64,000 nucleotides of DNA from Campylobacterales bacterium (GTDB taxonomy: Bacteria; Campylobacterota; Campylobacteria; Campylobacterales; Sulfurimonadaceae). A program made the translations under genes and the position numbers. Under the pieces are notes generated by a model. That model was not told the DNA's origin and ran no database searches. It saw only the letters and a program-made list of their open reading frames with translations. How positions within the stretch are numbered: the stretch's first letter is position 1; every line of letters begins with the position of its first letter. Positions 9,727 to 20,400 of this stretch are shown here, in pieces. The stretch covers positions 4,806 to 68,805 of the forward strand of contig JAFGUB010000015.1 of NCBI GenBank assembly GCA_016938735.1, given 5' to 3'.

Positions 9727-10445
9727 CGCATCAGTTTGTGTCGGCTGTAAATGGTATAAACGGCGCGAATCGGGCCATAAAAAAGATACAAGCACAAAAG
9801 TAGCGCCAAAACCTCAATCGGATAGAGCAACACCAAAGAAGCCGTCAAAAGAAAAACAACCAATGTTCGCATAAAGTGAATGGAGTAGCGATCGATCTTT
9901 TTAAAGCTAGGATAACGTATGTTGCTGACCATCAACAAAGAGACTGCCATCATCATCACCATTAAAGTTGCTTTAAAAGAACCTGTTAGTGCGTATTTTT
10001 CTAGAAAAAGAACGGTAATCGATAAAAAAACTGCAGCCGTAGGAATAGGTACGCCGATAAAGACGGAGGGCTCCGTCTTCGCATTCATGACATTAAAACG
10101 TGCTAAACGAATGGCACCAAACATTACAAACAGAGCACACACAATAATACCCAATCGCCCGAAATCATGTGCGGCGTAGTTGTACATCAAAACAGCAGGT
10201 GCGGCACTAAACGCAATCACATCGGCCAAGGAATCAAATTCGACGCCGAACTGACTCGTCGTATGGGTCAATTGGGCGACGCGTCCATCTAAACCATCAA
10301 AAACCAGTGCCAAAAAGATCATCCATGCGGCGCTTGCGTAATCGCTCTCCATAGAAAAAACCATACTAAAGACACCCGAAAAAATAGAGGCTGCCGTAAA
10401 AAAATTCGGAATGAGATAAGCCGCCTTGGGCGGTCGGGTATTCAT
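9723..10445 (-). CDS. pssA: CDP-diacylglycerol--serine O-phosphatidyltransferase
   Basis: 240-aa membrane protein. DGLDGRVAQ...FGVEFDSLADVIAF is the CDP-alcohol transferase motif. It lies next to ftsH as in Helicobacter/Campylobacter. Confidence 0.85.
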   Translation of the reverse strand: MNTRPPKAAYLIPNFFTAASIFSGVFSMVFSMESDYASAAWMIFLALVFDGLDGRVAQLTHTTSQFGVEFDSLADVIAFSAAPAVLMYNYAAHDFGRLGIIVCALFVMFGAIRLARFNVMNAKTEPSVFIGVPIPTAAVFLSITVLFLEKYALTGSFKATLMVMMMAVSLLMVSNIRYPSFKKIDRYSIHFMRTLVVFLLTASLVLLYPIEVLALLLCLYLFYGPIRAVYTIYSRHKLMR

Positions 10446-10449
10446 TAAA

Positions 10450-12402
10450 CTACTCTCGACGGTGTTCGTTGTCTTCTTGGTGCTGCTTCTCTTTAGCGCT
10501 CAGCTCTTGCAAACGCGTCGGCATTCCAGACTCTTTTTCAAAAGCCTCAATTATGTCGCGCACCTGTCGACCGGTGATATTCTCTTTGGCATAAAGCAGC
10601 TCTACCATCGACTCAATCGCACCCCGATAGAGCTCAAGACGCGCCTTTACCAGCTCGTAGTGCTCCGCAAGAGAAGATTTAATAAAGTCGTCCATCGCCT
10701 TGGCCATAGACTCACTGTACTCGCGGCTCGACTGCATTCCGCCGCCTAGGAAGGATTGACGCTGTTTTTCTAGCACCATCAAGCCGGCGACGTCACTCAT
10801 GCCGTACACTTGAACCATCGCTTTGATGATATCGGTTGCGCGCTCCAAATCATTTCCGGCTCCGGTGGAGATCTCACCGATAAAGACCTCTTCGGCCGCG
10901 CGTCCGCCCAGCAATACATCTACCTCAGCCCAAAGTTCATGGCGCTGCATCAGATATTTATTCTCTTCAGGTGTGTTGAGGGTATAACCCAGAGCAGCCA
11001 ATCCACGCGGTACAATCGAGACCTTGGAGACCCGTTTCGCGCCTTTGGTGGTCTCCGCCATAAGCGCATGACCACTCTCATGGTAGGCAACGATACGCTT
11101 CTCTTTTTCGTCGATACGGCGGCTCTTTTTAGCCAGACCGGCAATGGCGCGCTCCACTGATTCGCGCAGATCGCTCTGTTTGACCCACTTCTGATTTTTA
11201 CGACCGGCAAGCAGTGCGGCCTCATTGATGACATTCGCCAGATCAGCTCCTGCTAGTCCCGCAGTAAGGCGCGCGATCTCTTCAATATCGACATCGTCAC
11301 CCACCTTGATATCACGTACATGTACCTTCAAAATAGCGATGCGCCCTTCAAAATCGGGCTTATCCACCAAGACCTGACGGTCAAAACGACCCGGGCGCAA
11401 AAGTGCCGGATCCAGCACCTCAGGACGATTGGTTGCCGCCAGGATGATAATCGGCGTATCGGTACCAAAGCCGTCCATCTCCGCAAGCAGCTGATTGAGC
11501 GTTTGTTCACGCTCGTCATTGCCGCCCATCATGCCGTTGGCCGCGCGGCTTTTTCCGATGGCATCGATCTCGTCGATAAAGATGATCGAAGGCGCATCTT
11601 TTTTAGCCTGCTCAAACAGATCACGCACGCGCGCCGCACCGACACCGACGAACATCTCAATAAAACTCGATCCCGAGACTGAGAAAAACGGTACGTCCGC
11701 TTCGCCGGCAACCGCCTTTGCCAGAAGAGTTTTACCCGTTCCCGGGCTTCCGACGAGCAAAACACCCTTGGGAATCTTGGCGCCAAGTTCAACATAGCGA
11801 TCGGGGTATTTGAGAAAATCGACGATCTCTAAAACTTCCTCTTTGGCTTCATCCGCTCCGGCAACGTCATCGAACTTGGTTTTTGGCTTTTCGGAGTTAA
11901 TAAGCTTCTTCGCATTCCCCATCCCCAAAATGCCTCCGCCCATGCTCTTTTGCATCCGTCCGGCAAAAAACATCCAGATGGCAATAATGATCAAAAACGG
12001 CAATAGCCATCCGAACATCTCGGTAAACCAGTTGGTTTCGGAAAAACCGCTGTAATCGATCTTCTTTTCATCCAGCAGAGGAATCAGAGCATCATCCACG
12101 CCCACTTTACGCGCAACATACGCTGTACGCATCCCCTCTTCATTGCCCATGGCGCGAATCAGCGTCTGACCTATGGCTACTTTTTCAATCTGTCCCGATT
12201 CGATTTTCTTTTTGAGCTCAGCATAACTCACCTCTTGTGTTCGGACATTTTGTTGTCCGCTCATCTGAGAGCCGCCCACACCGGAATTTTCTCCGATCAA
12301 CGCCTTAAAGAGCATAATGATAACAATCGAGAAAATCGCAAATGTGACAAGCGGATTTTTATTGAAAAAATTGTCTTCTTTTTTCGGTTCGGGGGCGCTC
12401 AT
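10450..12402 (-). CDS. ftsH: ATP-dependent zinc metalloprotease FtsH
   Basis: 650 aa with Walker A GSPGTGKT, Walker [10 protein letters not shown] and zinc site HESGH. N-terminal TM helices are present. Confidence 0.95.
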   Translation of the reverse strand: MSAPEPKKEDNFFNKNPLVTFAIFSIVIIMLFKALIGENSGVGGSQMSGQQNVRTQEVSYAELKKKIESGQIEKVAIGQTLIRAMGNEEGMRTAYVARKVGVDDALIPLLDEKKIDYSGFSETNWFTEMFGWLLPFLIIIAIWMFFAGRMQKSMGGGILGMGNAKKLINSEKPKTKFDDVAGADEAKEEVLEIVDFLKYPDRYVELGAKIPKGVLLVGSPGTGKTLLAKAVAGEADVPFFSVSGSSFIEMFVGVGAARVRDLFEQAKKDAPSIIFIDEIDAIGKSRAANGMMGGNDEREQTLNQLLAEMDGFGTDTPIIILAATNRPEVLDPALLRPGRFDRQVLVDKPDFEGRIAILKVHVRDIKVGDDVDIEEIARLTAGLAGADLANVINEAALLAGRKNQKWVKQSDLRESVERAIAGLAKKSRRIDEKEKRIVAYHESGHALMAETTKGAKRVSKVSIVPRGLAALGYTLNTPEENKYLMQRHELWAEVDVLLGGRAAEEVFIGEISTGAGNDLERATDIIKAMVQVYGMSDVAGLMVLEKQRQSFLGGGMQSSREYSESMAKAMDDFIKSSLAEHYELVKARLELYRGAIESMVELLYAKENITGRQVRDIIEAFEKESGMPTRLQELSAKEKQHQEDNEHRRE

Positions 12403-12412
12403 TGTACGTCCT

Positions 12413-13246
12413 TTATAATAGTTTTTCGCTCAATACCAAAGTCACCCATTCATCTTGCGCTATACGGTCGAGAGGGGCATAATCACTATATTTTTTGAGC
12501 ACTTTATCTTCGTATTTATCTAAAATGCCTGAGAGAATCAAAACCCCTGAGGGCTTTAATATCTTCTTCAAATCAGAGGCGATCATCACTAAAACATCGG
12601 CTACGATATTGGCGATCACGACATCATAAAGCGACGGCGCTATAGCAGCCGAGCCTTCCCATAGATGATCAAACTCGATTGCGTTGCGCTGCAGATTTTC
12701 TTTCGTACTCTCAATAGAGAACCCATCGGTGTCGCAGGCATCGACGCGAGCACCCAACTTGGCTGCCGCAATGCCTAAAATACCGCTGCCGCACCCCACA
12801 TCAATGACCGACACTTCGGGTTTGACATATTTTGCGATCGCTTCAAGGCAGGTGGAGGTGGTGGCGTGATGACCGGTACCAAAAGCCAAAGAGGGATCGA
12901 TCACGATATTCAGCGCCTGTTGTTTGGGCTCAAACCATGTCGGATGGATATAAAAAGGGCCCACACCGACCGGTTCGATGCTCTGTTGATACGCCCTGAT
13001 CCAATCCTCATTTTGGTGACGCTCTAGGATCAGTTCAACATCAATCGGCGTCGCGAGCGCTTTTTGCAGTGCTTCGGCAAACTGTTCAACGCCCCAACTG
13101 ATAGTCTCAAGCTCCTCTTCACTGCGAATCACAAACGCATCATCAAGCTCTTCATATCCGACGGGAACCGTATCGTCTAGAAAATCTCTGAAAAGATCAA
13201 AATGGGATGACGGGCGTACCGTCAAGGCATAGTAAAATTCCTGCAT
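12413..13246 (-). CDS. prmA: Ribosomal protein L11 methyltransferase
   Basis: 277 aa with the PrmA fold. SAM motif VIDVGCGSGILGIAA. The ftsH-prmA-cheY order is conserved. Confidence 0.9.
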   Translation of the reverse strand: MQEFYYALTVRPSSHFDLFRDFLDDTVPVGYEELDDAFVIRSEEELETISWGVEQFAEALQKALATPIDVELILERHQNEDWIRAYQQSIEPVGVGPFYIHPTWFEPKQQALNIVIDPSLAFGTGHHATTSTCLEAIAKYVKPEVSVIDVGCGSGILGIAAAKLGARVDACDTDGFSIESTKENLQRNAIEFDHLWEGSAAIAPSLYDVVIANIVADVLVMIASDLKKILKPSGVLILSGILDKYEDKVLKKYSDYAPLDRIAQDEWVTLVLSEKLL

Positions 13247-13249
13247 CGA

Positions 13250-13621
13250 TCAGTCGGTGCCGAGCACTGCGCCGAGCTTCTCTTTGAGGACTTGGGGGGT
13301 GAAAGGTTTGACGATGTAGTTATTGACGCCCGCTTTAAGCGCTGTGATGACTTCCGCTTTTCCGCCTTCAGTCGTAACCATGATGATAGGAAGGTCTTTA
13401 AATCTTGCATCGGCGCGCACTTTTTTGACCAGCTCCAATCCGTTCATCTCCGGCATGTTCCAGTCTGTAATCAGCATCCCGATGTCAGGATTGGTATCGA
13501 GGACATTCCAGCCCTGCACGCCGTCCTCGCCCTCTAGCACATCGTTGTACCCCAAGCGCGAAAGGGTATTTTTGATGATACGTCGCATGGTCGAACTGTC
13601 ATCTACAACCACTAGTTTCAA
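13250..13621 (-). CDS. cheY: Chemotaxis response regulator CheY
   Basis: 123-aa single receiver domain with VVDDSSTMRR, DWNMPEMNG (acceptor Asp) and IVKPF. Confidence 0.9.
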   Translation of the reverse strand: MKLVVVDDSSTMRRIIKNTLSRLGYNDVLEGEDGVQGWNVLDTNPDIGMLITDWNMPEMNGLELVKKVRADARFKDLPIIMVTTEGGKAEVITALKAGVNNYIVKPFTPQVLKEKLGAVLGTD

Positions 13622-13688
13622 GTCATGTCCTTTACGTTCTATCTGTGTAAGTGCGGCAATAATAGCAAATTCTTACTTTGCGCTTTCT

Positions 13689-14411
13689 TTAAAATAGAGC
13701 CCTAAGATCGATGGTTCCCTCATAGAAAGCTTTACCGATGATGACACCGCCCACTTCGCCCGTCGCACGTAATGCCTCGATGTCACGGTTGTCGCGCACG
13801 CCGCCGCTGGCGATGGTCATCACGCCGCTTGCGCGGGCGATCTCAAGCGTAAAATCGACGTTCACGCCGCTGAGTGTTCCATCTTTAGAAACGTCAGTGC
13901 AAATGATTGCCTCCACCCCAGCATCGGCAAAGGCGCGGGCAAGATCCGTAGCGCGCATACTGCTAAGCTCCCCCCACCCTTCAACCGCAACAAAGCCGTC
14001 GATGGCATCAATGCCGACGGCAATAGGGTATTTGGCTGCCATCGCTTTGACGAATTCCGGGTCTTTCACCGCAATAGAGCCTAAAATGATACGGTCGATA
14101 CCCAGATCAAGATAGCGTTTGATCGTCGCTTCGTCGCGGATACCTCCGCCAAGTTCAAGCTTTACATGTACATGTTTACGGATCAGTTCGATCTGCTCTA
14201 AATTCTTGGGCTCCCCCGCAAACGCGCCGTTGAGATCGACCAGATGCACCCATCTTGAGCCCATCTGCGCGAACGACTCCGCCAACCGCCAGGGCTCATC
14301 GGAGTAGATTTTGGCACTCTCCATCAGCCCTTTGGTCAGCCGCACGGCCTTTCCGTCTTTTAAATCGATTGCCGGCAATATCTCCACATCCGCTCCTTTA
14401 CAGCGATACAA
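13689..14411 (-). CDS. hisA: ProFAR isomerase HisA
   Basis: [16 protein letters not shown]-terminus followed by GGGIR and ASGGV phosphate-binding blocks. The real start may be the GTG giving VEILPAIDL (about 14387). Confidence 0.9.
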   Translation of the reverse strand: MYRCKGADVEILPAIDLKDGKAVRLTKGLMESAKIYSDEPWRLAESFAQMGSRWVHLVDLNGAFAGEPKNLEQIELIRKHVHVKLELGGGIRDEATIKRYLDLGIDRIILGSIAVKDPEFVKAMAAKYPIAVGIDAIDGFVAVEGWGELSSMRATDLARAFADAGVEAIICTDVSKDGTLSGVNVDFTLEIARASGVMTIASGGVRDNRDIEALRATGEVGGVIIGKAFYEGTIDLRALF

Positions 14412-15009
14412 AATTCTTTAAAATGGCCAAACCGTTTCGGTGGCTCTTTTCAGGGTGGGGCTGAATCCCCAAAACGTTCTCATGTGCGACTGCGCTGGTG
14501 AAGCGGTAGCCGTACTCGCTCTCGCCGATGCTCTCTTTGGGATCACTGCACACGGCGTGATAGGAGTGGACGAAGTAGAGATAGTGCGCTTCATCAAGCC
14601 CCCCAAAGAGCGGATGTTCCTGCGTAAACATACGGTTCCAGCCCATGTGCGGTACTTTGAGCGGATGGGCAAAACGCGCCGCATCAAAAGCCTGCACATG
14701 CCCTTTGACAAGCCCCAAGCCCTCATGCGTTCCAAATTCACTCGAGGACTCAAAAAGCAGTTGCATCCCCAGGCAGATCCCGAGCATCCACTTGCCGCTT
14801 CGGGCGTATTCGCGAAGCGCCTCGTCCATGCCGCTGGTGCGCAGGTGATCCATCGCATCGCCAAACGCTCCGACTCCGGGCAAAACGATACGCTCGTACT
14901 GCGCCAAACGGTGCGGATCGGACTCGACGCGAAGATCGCATCCAAGCTGTGCAAAGGCATTTTTGACGCTTGAGAGGTTGCCGATATTGTAGTCGACGAT
15001 GGCTATCAT
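14398..15009 (-). CDS. hisH: Imidazole glycerol phosphate synthase, glutaminase subunit HisH
   Basis: 203 aa with LPGVGAFG, nucleophile block GICLGMQ and GIQPHPEKS. Confidence 0.9.
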   Translation of the reverse strand: MIAIVDYNIGNLSSVKNAFAQLGCDLRVESDPHRLAQYERIVLPGVGAFGDAMDHLRTSGMDEALREYARSGKWMLGICLGMQLLFESSSEFGTHEGLGLVKGHVQAFDAARFAHPLKVPHMGWNRMFTQEHPLFGGLDEAHYLYFVHSYHAVCSDPKESIGESEYGYRFTSAVAHENVLGIQPHPEKSHRNGLAILKNFVSL

Positions 15010-15085
15010 AAGGACTCTTTACATGTAACTTTGGAGGCGGATTATAACACCCCGTGCTTTAATCATCCATGCGATATAGTGGCAC

Positions 15086-16078
15086 ATGCCAAACAGTTCA
15101 CCGCGTATCGCCATCATCCGACTCAGCGCCCTTGGCGACATCGTCAACAGCGCCGTCGTGTTGCAACTCATCAAACTGCATCTTCCGAACGCGCGCATTA
15201 CATGGATCGTCGAAGAGGCGTTTGCTCCGCTGCTGGAGCATCATCCGATGCTTGAAAAGGTGGTGGCCCTGCCGATGAAGCGGCTCAAAAAAGAGCGCAG
15301 CCCCAAAGTGCTCGCTACCATCGTCTCCACCCTCAGACGACTCGGACCGTATGATCACGTTATCGATATGCAGGGGCTGCTCAAATCGGCCATCGTCGGG
15401 CGTTTGTGCGGTGCTCGCCTGCACGGATTCGACCGCCGCTCCATCAAAGAGCGCGCCGCTTCGTATCTCTATGCCTCACACAGCGCGATTGCCTACGAAG
15501 CCAATATCATCACCCGCAACTGCCGCGTCGTCGCCGATGCGCTGGGCTTTACATGTAACCCCGAAGAGATTGCGCAAAAAGAGCCTCTCTTTCCGACGGT
15601 AGCACTACGAAAGCCGCTTTTTGAAGGGGTCAATATCGCCATCGTCATCGGTGCCTCATGGCCCTCAAAACGCTACCCTAACCACAAAATCGTCTCACTG
15701 TGCGAAGCGCTCCCGCATCCTTGCCATCTCGTATGGGGGACGCCGCAGGAGTACGACGACGCACTGTGGATCGCCGCACAATGCCCGAACGCCCATGTCG
15801 CGCCGAAGATGGATCTGGCGCAACTTGTGAGTTTTATCGCCGCGTGCGACCTCACCATCGGCAACGACACCGGCCCGACCCACATGGCCTGGGCCATGAA
15901 CCGCGCTTCGATCACCCTTTTTGGCCCCACGTCAGGGCGTATGATCGGGCTCACCCCGCACAACATCGCCATCGAAGCCAGAAGCGACGTCGATGTGCGC
16001 CGCATCGATCGGCACGACCGCTCCATTATGACCATCGAGGTAGAGAGCATCGTACACCGCGCGCTGGAGCTGCTGTGA
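15086..16078 (+). CDS. waaC: Lipopolysaccharide heptosyltransferase I (GT9)
   Basis: 330 aa with N-terminal RIAIIRLSALGDIV and C-terminal GNDTGPTHMA blocks, typical of WaaC/RfaC. Followed by lpxL as in Campylobacter. Confidence 0.8.
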   Translation: MPNSSPRIAIIRLSALGDIVNSAVVLQLIKLHLPNARITWIVEEAFAPLLEHHPMLEKVVALPMKRLKKERSPKVLATIVSTLRRLGPYDHVIDMQGLLKSAIVGRLCGARLHGFDRRSIKERAASYLYASHSAIAYEANIITRNCRVVADALGFTCNPEEIAQKEPLFPTVALRKPLFEGVNIAIVIGASWPSKRYPNHKIVSLCEALPHPCHLVWGTPQEYDDALWIAAQCPNAHVAPKMDLAQLVSFIAACDLTIGNDTGPTHMAWAMNRASITLFGPTSGRMIGLTPHNIAIEARSDVDVRRIDRHDRSIMTIEVESIVHRALELL

Positions 16079-16962
16079 TTCTGTTTCGGCTCTATCTGGT
16101 CTTGGAGTGGATTTTGATGCGCTTGCCTAGAGCCGCGCGTAAAGGTTTTTTCACCTTTTTAGGCGACGCGGCTTACCATCTCGATCCCAAACACCGCCGC
16201 GTCATCGCACAAAACGTCCGCTTCACCCTTGGCGACGTAAGCGACGCACAGCTACGACGTATCGGGCGCTACTGTTACCGCAACCTGATGCTCTCCGCGC
16301 TGCAGATCATGGAGAACCGCCGCAATACCCGCGACGATCTGGCCTTACATGTACGTTTTCAAAACCGCTCCTACGTCGATGACGCCCTTGCAAAGGGGCG
16401 CAAAATCGTCTTTATCTCCGCGCATTACGGCAACTGGGAACTGGGTGCTACGGCGCTCAGCGCCCTGATCACCCCGACCCACGCGGTCTATAAGGCACTC
16501 AGTAACCCCCATTTCGACCGCTATCTGCTGGAGTCCCGCTCGAAGCTTGGAATGCGGATGGTCGAGAAACACGGTGCCATCAAACAGATGACACGGGCGA
16601 TCAAAAACGGTGAAAGCGTCTCGTTTCTGATCGATCAAAATACCTCCAAACGCGAAGGCATCGAAGTGACGTTTTTTGGCCAAAAGGCCAGACAAAGCGC
16701 CGCGCCCGCCTATCTGGCCCGAAAATACGACGCGCTCATCATCCCGCTCTTTATCGATACGCAAAATGAGGAAGCGTACGTCATCACGTTTGAAACGCCG
16801 CTGGAGGTGGCCCATAGCGATGACGCCGAACGTGACATCCTTGAGACCACGCAGGCGCTGAGTGACCTGATCGAGCGCATGATCCGCCGTGAACCGAAGT
16901 TCTGGTTTTGGTGTCACCGCCGGTTTAAGAGCGAACACCCAGAAATTTACAGAGCCTCGTAA
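16075..16962 (+). CDS. lpxL: Lipid A biosynthesis lauroyl/myristoyl acyltransferase (LpxL/HtrB family)
   Basis: GTG at 16075 overlaps the waaC stop (GTGA). The 295-aa product starts VILFRLYL and carries the SAHYGNWE acyltransferase block. The upstream part of track ORF 15700..16962 lies inside waaC and is rejected. Confidence 0.8.
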   Translation: MILFRLYLVLEWILMRLPRAARKGFFTFLGDAAYHLDPKHRRVIAQNVRFTLGDVSDAQLRRIGRYCYRNLMLSALQIMENRRNTRDDLALHVRFQNRSYVDDALAKGRKIVFISAHYGNWELGATALSALITPTHAVYKALSNPHFDRYLLESRSKLGMRMVEKHGAIKQMTRAIKNGESVSFLIDQNTSKREGIEVTFFGQKARQSAAPAYLARKYDALIIPLFIDTQNEEAYVITFETPLEVAHSDDAERDILETTQALSDLIERMIRREPKFWFWCHRRFKSEHPEIYRAS

Positions 16963-17627
16963 CGGCGCTTAAGCCCTGCATAGAGCACTTCGGGGCTCAT
17001 CTGTGCGTCGCTCTCCCAAAGCTGTTTCATCACCGCGTTGTCTTCAAGACCGTTCCAAATTTTGACGTAATGGCCCTCTTTGTAGCCGTGGTCTTGACGG
17101 AACTGGTTAAGGATGTTTTTGCCCACATAGAGCCGATAAAGCGTCGCCATATCAAGCTTGGTAAGGCGGCAAAGCTCGAAAAAGTCAAAAAGCAGTTTGG
17201 TGAGGCTTGCCCTGATCTCCAGCGCGTCGCGCATCACCGCCTCGATGGTGATAAGAATCAGCATCTCCTCCTCAAAGGCTTCAAGCGGCTCTTGTAACAG
17301 CTCGAAGTTGGGCATCTGAGCGATCTGCTCGGCAAGTGTTTCGATGGAGCCTAGCTTGTTGGTTTTATAGGTTTCAAGCGCGAACGACATCACGAAATGC
17401 CACACGTCCACCACCTCGATCTGCAAGTTGTCGTAGTCGGGTTGGGCGTCGATGTTTTTCCAATGCTTCCACGCAAAACAGTCGATCATCTCGGCACACT
17501 CCATGTAGATACACCGCTTCCAGTTGATCTTCTTGCCGTTTTTGGTCGTTCCGACCTCCCAGTTGATCCCGTTGGTGGCATCGTTGAGCTGCTGCTGCAG
17601 CTTGAGCATCGTGCGTAACTTATCCAT
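16947..17627 (-). CDS. dut: Dimeric (all-alpha) dUTP diphosphatase
   Basis: 226 aa. Blocks INWKRCIYMECAEMIDCFAWKHWK and VDVWHFVMSF match the dimeric dUTPase family used by Campylobacter. Confidence 0.8.
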   Translation of the reverse strand: MDKLRTMLKLQQQLNDATNGINWEVGTTKNGKKINWKRCIYMECAEMIDCFAWKHWKNIDAQPDYDNLQIEVVDVWHFVMSFALETYKTNKLGSIETLAEQIAQMPNFELLQEPLEAFEEEMLILITIEAVMRDALEIRASLTKLLFDFFELCRLTKLDMATLYRLYVGKNILNQFRQDHGYKEGHYVKIWNGLEDNAVMKQLWESDAQMSPEVLYAGLKRRYEAL

Positions 17628-19152
17628 GCATCTCCTTCAAAAATTGTTGTATCCGCTCTTTAAACAGCGTCGCGCGCAAGGCTTTGGGCATCTGCGCGTC
17701 AAAAACGCTTCCCTCACGCAGGGGCTTAGCCCCCATCAAAACCGTTTTGGCGCGCGAACCGATCTTGTCGCGCACCTGCCGCACAAAACTCTCCGCACTC
17801 ACACCGCGCAATGCCTCATCTACCAGTATGAGCGTCACGGGATGCTTTTGCATCCAGGCAAACGCTTTCGCAGTATCGACATAGACCTGCGCTTCGATCG
17901 GCAAGGCGATCTGCGCGAAGAGCGATTTGAGCGTAAATGCCTCGTCCATATCGGCAGCTACAGCCACCACGCAGTCGCGCGTCATGCTCTCAAGGTAGTC
18001 ATAGAGTTTGAAAAGTTCGCGCTGTTCAGAGGAGATCTTCTCGGGGTCGAGCGAATTAAGATAGTATTTCAGATAGGTTTTGGAGGAGAAATCGCCCTGA
18101 ATGTGCGAGTGCTCGAAGAAGCGCTGAATCGCCTTGGACTTTTGCGCCTGCATCCAAAGCTGCTCGTCAAAGAGGTAGGCCTGAGCATCCAAAATGGTCA
18201 AAATCTGCTCGCGGTACGCTTTGGAAGCGGCGTGAAACACCTCGAAAAACGGCTCCTTGTAACTCTGCTCAAACGAGAGCATCAACTCCAGATCGTGATG
18301 GTAGATCTCATCAAGCGTCGCCATCATGTGTACCGTATCGACATAATCCGATTTGAGCTTTTTGTGCTCCTCACTGAGTTCATCATAGACCGGAGAGCTG
18401 CGCAGCGTGCGCTCTAAGACCGCCTCTTTTTCGGCAATGATTTCAGCCAGTTTCACCTCCGCATCGCGCAAACCGGCAAGCTTGGCGAAGGTGAGCGATG
18501 ACTCCTCGCGTACCTGTACATACTCCTCTTGGCGCACCAAAAAGACCTTCTCAAAAGCGATCTCCGGGTAGGTCGCCTTGGATTTGTAGTCGTCATACAC
18601 GGCGCTCATCTGCAGCAGATCGTCGCGCATCATTTTGATTTTGGGCGTCACGAAGTGCAGATCGAGTTCGGTGAGGTTGTTATACATCGTGAAGAGAAAG
18701 CGGCGCATTTTGAGAAAATCAAGCCGATATTTGGCGTCTCGGTAGCCGGTGCGCTCGTGGATGTCCTCTTCGATGTGCTTGAAGTACTGATCCACACACA
18801 CTTTGACGCTCACGCTAAGACGTATCTTATCGATGCTTCGGCGCCCCTTCTCCCACAGCGGCATGGAGCTGACCGGCGCTGTGGGTTGCGGCGCTGAAGG
18901 AGCGGAGGCATTTTTGGCGGGGGCTATGGAGGTAACGACCCCCTCCTCCACCTTACATGTAACCTCCATCGCCAAAGCGGGCAAAAGCTCGAAATCGTCC
19001 CACGAGGCGATCACAAATTCATACTTCTGACGCTCCAGGGTGATGACGATCCCTTTGCCGTCGTTTGGATTGTAAAAGAGGATTTTGGCACTGATTTGCA
19101 TAAAGCGGATTTTAACATACGCGGCTACAATTACCCGCATGAAACGCATCAA
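17620..19152 (-). CDS. Hypothetical protein with degenerate C-terminal receiver-like domain
   Basis: 510-aa ORF, with the probable start at MQISAKILFYNP (about 19098). The last ~120 aa (VAVAADMDEA...TLILVDEAL...VLMGAKP) resemble a receiver fold lacking clear acidic-pocket residues. No family recognised. Confidence 0.5.
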   Translation of the reverse strand: MMRFMRVIVAAYVKIRFMQISAKILFYNPNDGKGIVITLERQKYEFVIASWDDFELLPALAMEVTCKVEEGVVTSIAPAKNASAPSAPQPTAPVSSMPLWEKGRRSIDKIRLSVSVKVCVDQYFKHIEEDIHERTGYRDAKYRLDFLKMRRFLFTMYNNLTELDLHFVTPKIKMMRDDLLQMSAVYDDYKSKATYPEIAFEKVFLVRQEEYVQVREESSLTFAKLAGLRDAEVKLAEIIAEKEAVLERTLRSSPVYDELSEEHKKLKSDYVDTVHMMATLDEIYHHDLELMLSFEQSYKEPFFEVFHAASKAYREQILTILDAQAYLFDEQLWMQAQKSKAIQRFFEHSHIQGDFSSKTYLKYYLNSLDPEKISSEQRELFKLYDYLESMTRDCVVAVAADMDEAFTLKSLFAQIALPIEAQVYVDTAKAFAWMQKHPVTLILVDEALRGVSAESFVRQVRDKIGSRAKTVLMGAKPLREGSVFDAQMPKALRATLFKERIQQFLKEMHG

Positions 19153-19309
19153 CTGTATCCGCTGCCGCCACTACTTCGTCACCTGGGAAGCCGGACGTCC
19201 GCATGGCTGCAAAGCCTACGGTTTCAAATCACTCGCCCTCCCCTCCATCGTCGTCAAACAGTCCAGCGGCGCGGAGTGTAGCTTTTATGAGCCTAAGACG
19301 GCCACGTGA
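19139..19309 (+). CDS. Small Cys-rich conserved hypothetical protein
   Basis: The internal start MKRINCIRCRHYFVTWEAGRPHGCKAYGFKS gives a 56-aa zinc-ribbon-like protein. It is divergent from the 510-aa gene. Confidence 0.45.
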   Translation: MKRINCIRCRHYFVTWEAGRPHGCKAYGFKSLALPSIVVKQSSGAECSFYEPKTAT

Positions 19310-19700
19310 TTTTGGTACCGAAGCCCAGCGTATTGTCGGTCAGCTTCATGGCGCTTACATGTAAGCGCCAAAAGGTGGGACGCATCACGCGGGCGTAGCC
19401 AAAAGCGCGATAGTAGAGCGCCGCGTCCGCTTCGTCGTCGCTGCGCACCAATTCCCCTTTAAACTGCAGGCCCTGAATCTTCCCGACACTCTTCGTCTCT
19501 AGGGCAATCGCCCCCGCTACCTGCGGATTGGCCAAGGCGTTGCGCATGTGTTCGCTATTTGGATCGCTCGCAACGACAAAGAGCGCACGCTCGGGGTCAA
19601 AGACATAAAACAGCGTCGCGCACTGCGGCGCAGCGTCGTTACTTGTAGCGAGGGTAAGAATGTGGTGCTTGGCGATAAACGCCGCGATGCGCTCAGGCAT
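19293..19700 (-). CDS. Pyridoxamine 5'-phosphate oxidase family protein (YhbP-like)
   Basis: 135 aa. HHILTLATS...LFYVFD...IQGLQFKG fits the split-barrel FMN-binding fold pattern. Confidence 0.7.
   Translation of the reverse strand: MPERIAAFIAKHHILTLATSNDAAPQCATLFYVFDPERALFVVASDPNSEHMRNALANPQVAGAIALETKSVGKIQGLQFKGELVRSDDEADAALYYRAFGYARVMRPTFWRLHVSAMKLTDNTLGFGTKITWPS
19351..19368. repeat. 18-bp perfect palindrome GCGCTTACATGTAAGCGC (longest extended copy of the TTACATGTAA motif)
   Basis: Read directly from the sequence. It lies inside the PNPOx-family CDS, where it encodes ...RLHVSA... Confidence 0.95.
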
Positions 19701-20400
19701 CCAGATGCGCTTCGATCAAAGCGCCCAGCTCTTTGGCCGCTTCGACCGCCCCCTTTTGCATGAAGTGCGTAAAGTGCTCGTCGATGAAATAGCCAAAATA
19801 GCGCTCGCGGTTGGGGTTGATGAGGATCGAGCGCTCGAAGCGCTGCGCGATGGAGACGATGTCGATCACCTGACCGCTGGTGCCGACGGCCACAAAGCAG
19901 TCGCAAGTGTCCATCGCTTCGGCGATATGCCGATACATCGGCGCCGCTTCGCCGAACATCACGACATTGTGACGCACCTGCGCCGAGCCGCAATAGGGGC
20001 AAAGGTCATTCCCGTTTTGCGGTGCGTAGGCAACGTCCCACACCTCTTCACAGCGCTCGCAGCGCAGATCGCGCAGCGTGCCGTGTAGATGCACTACCTG
20101 CTTCACACCCGCTTTTTCCATCAGATCATCTACGTTTTGGGTCAGATGCACGATGCGATTACCGTATCGCCGCTCCAATCGTGTAAGCTCAAGGTGCATG
20201 GCGTTGGGCTGCTTGTCGCGCAAATCCTCACGCCGTGCATTGTAAAAGCGCGTCACCAGATCCCGATCGGCTTGCCACCCCTGCGTCGAGCATACCTGCA
20301 TCACGTCATACTGTTCCCACAATCCGTCGTGGTCACGGAAGGTGGAAATACCACTTTGCGCCGAGAGCCCCGCGCCGCTAAGCACCAGCACCCGACGCAT
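19693..20400 (-). CDS. cobB: NAD-dependent protein deacylase (Sir2 family)
   Basis: 235 aa with GAGLSAQSGISTFRD, Zn-ribbon cysteines CERC...CPYC and the HG catalytic block. Confidence 0.9.
   Translation of the reverse strand: MRRVLVLSGAGLSAQSGISTFRDHDGLWEQYDVMQVCSTQGWQADRDLVTRFYNARREDLRDKQPNAMHLELTRLERRYGNRIVHLTQNVDDLMEKAGVKQVVHLHGTLRDLRCERCEEVWDVAYAPQNGNDLCPYCGSAQVRHNVVMFGEAAPMYRHIAEAMDTCDCFVAVGTSGQVIDIVSIAQRFERSILINPNRERYFGYFIDEHFTHFMQKGAVEAAKELGALIEAHLDA

Noticed and set aside
7393-10445. Lower-GC, motif-free stretch (TPR gene and pssA) as a horizontally acquired island
   Set aside because: pssA next to ftsH is conserved core synteny in this phylum and there are no mobility or defence genes. 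Composition alone is insufficient.
15700-16074. N-terminal 125 codons of track ORF 15700..16962
   Set aside because: They lie entirely within waaC in another frame with Arg/Pro-rich nonsense composition. The acyltransferase starts at the GTG at 16075.
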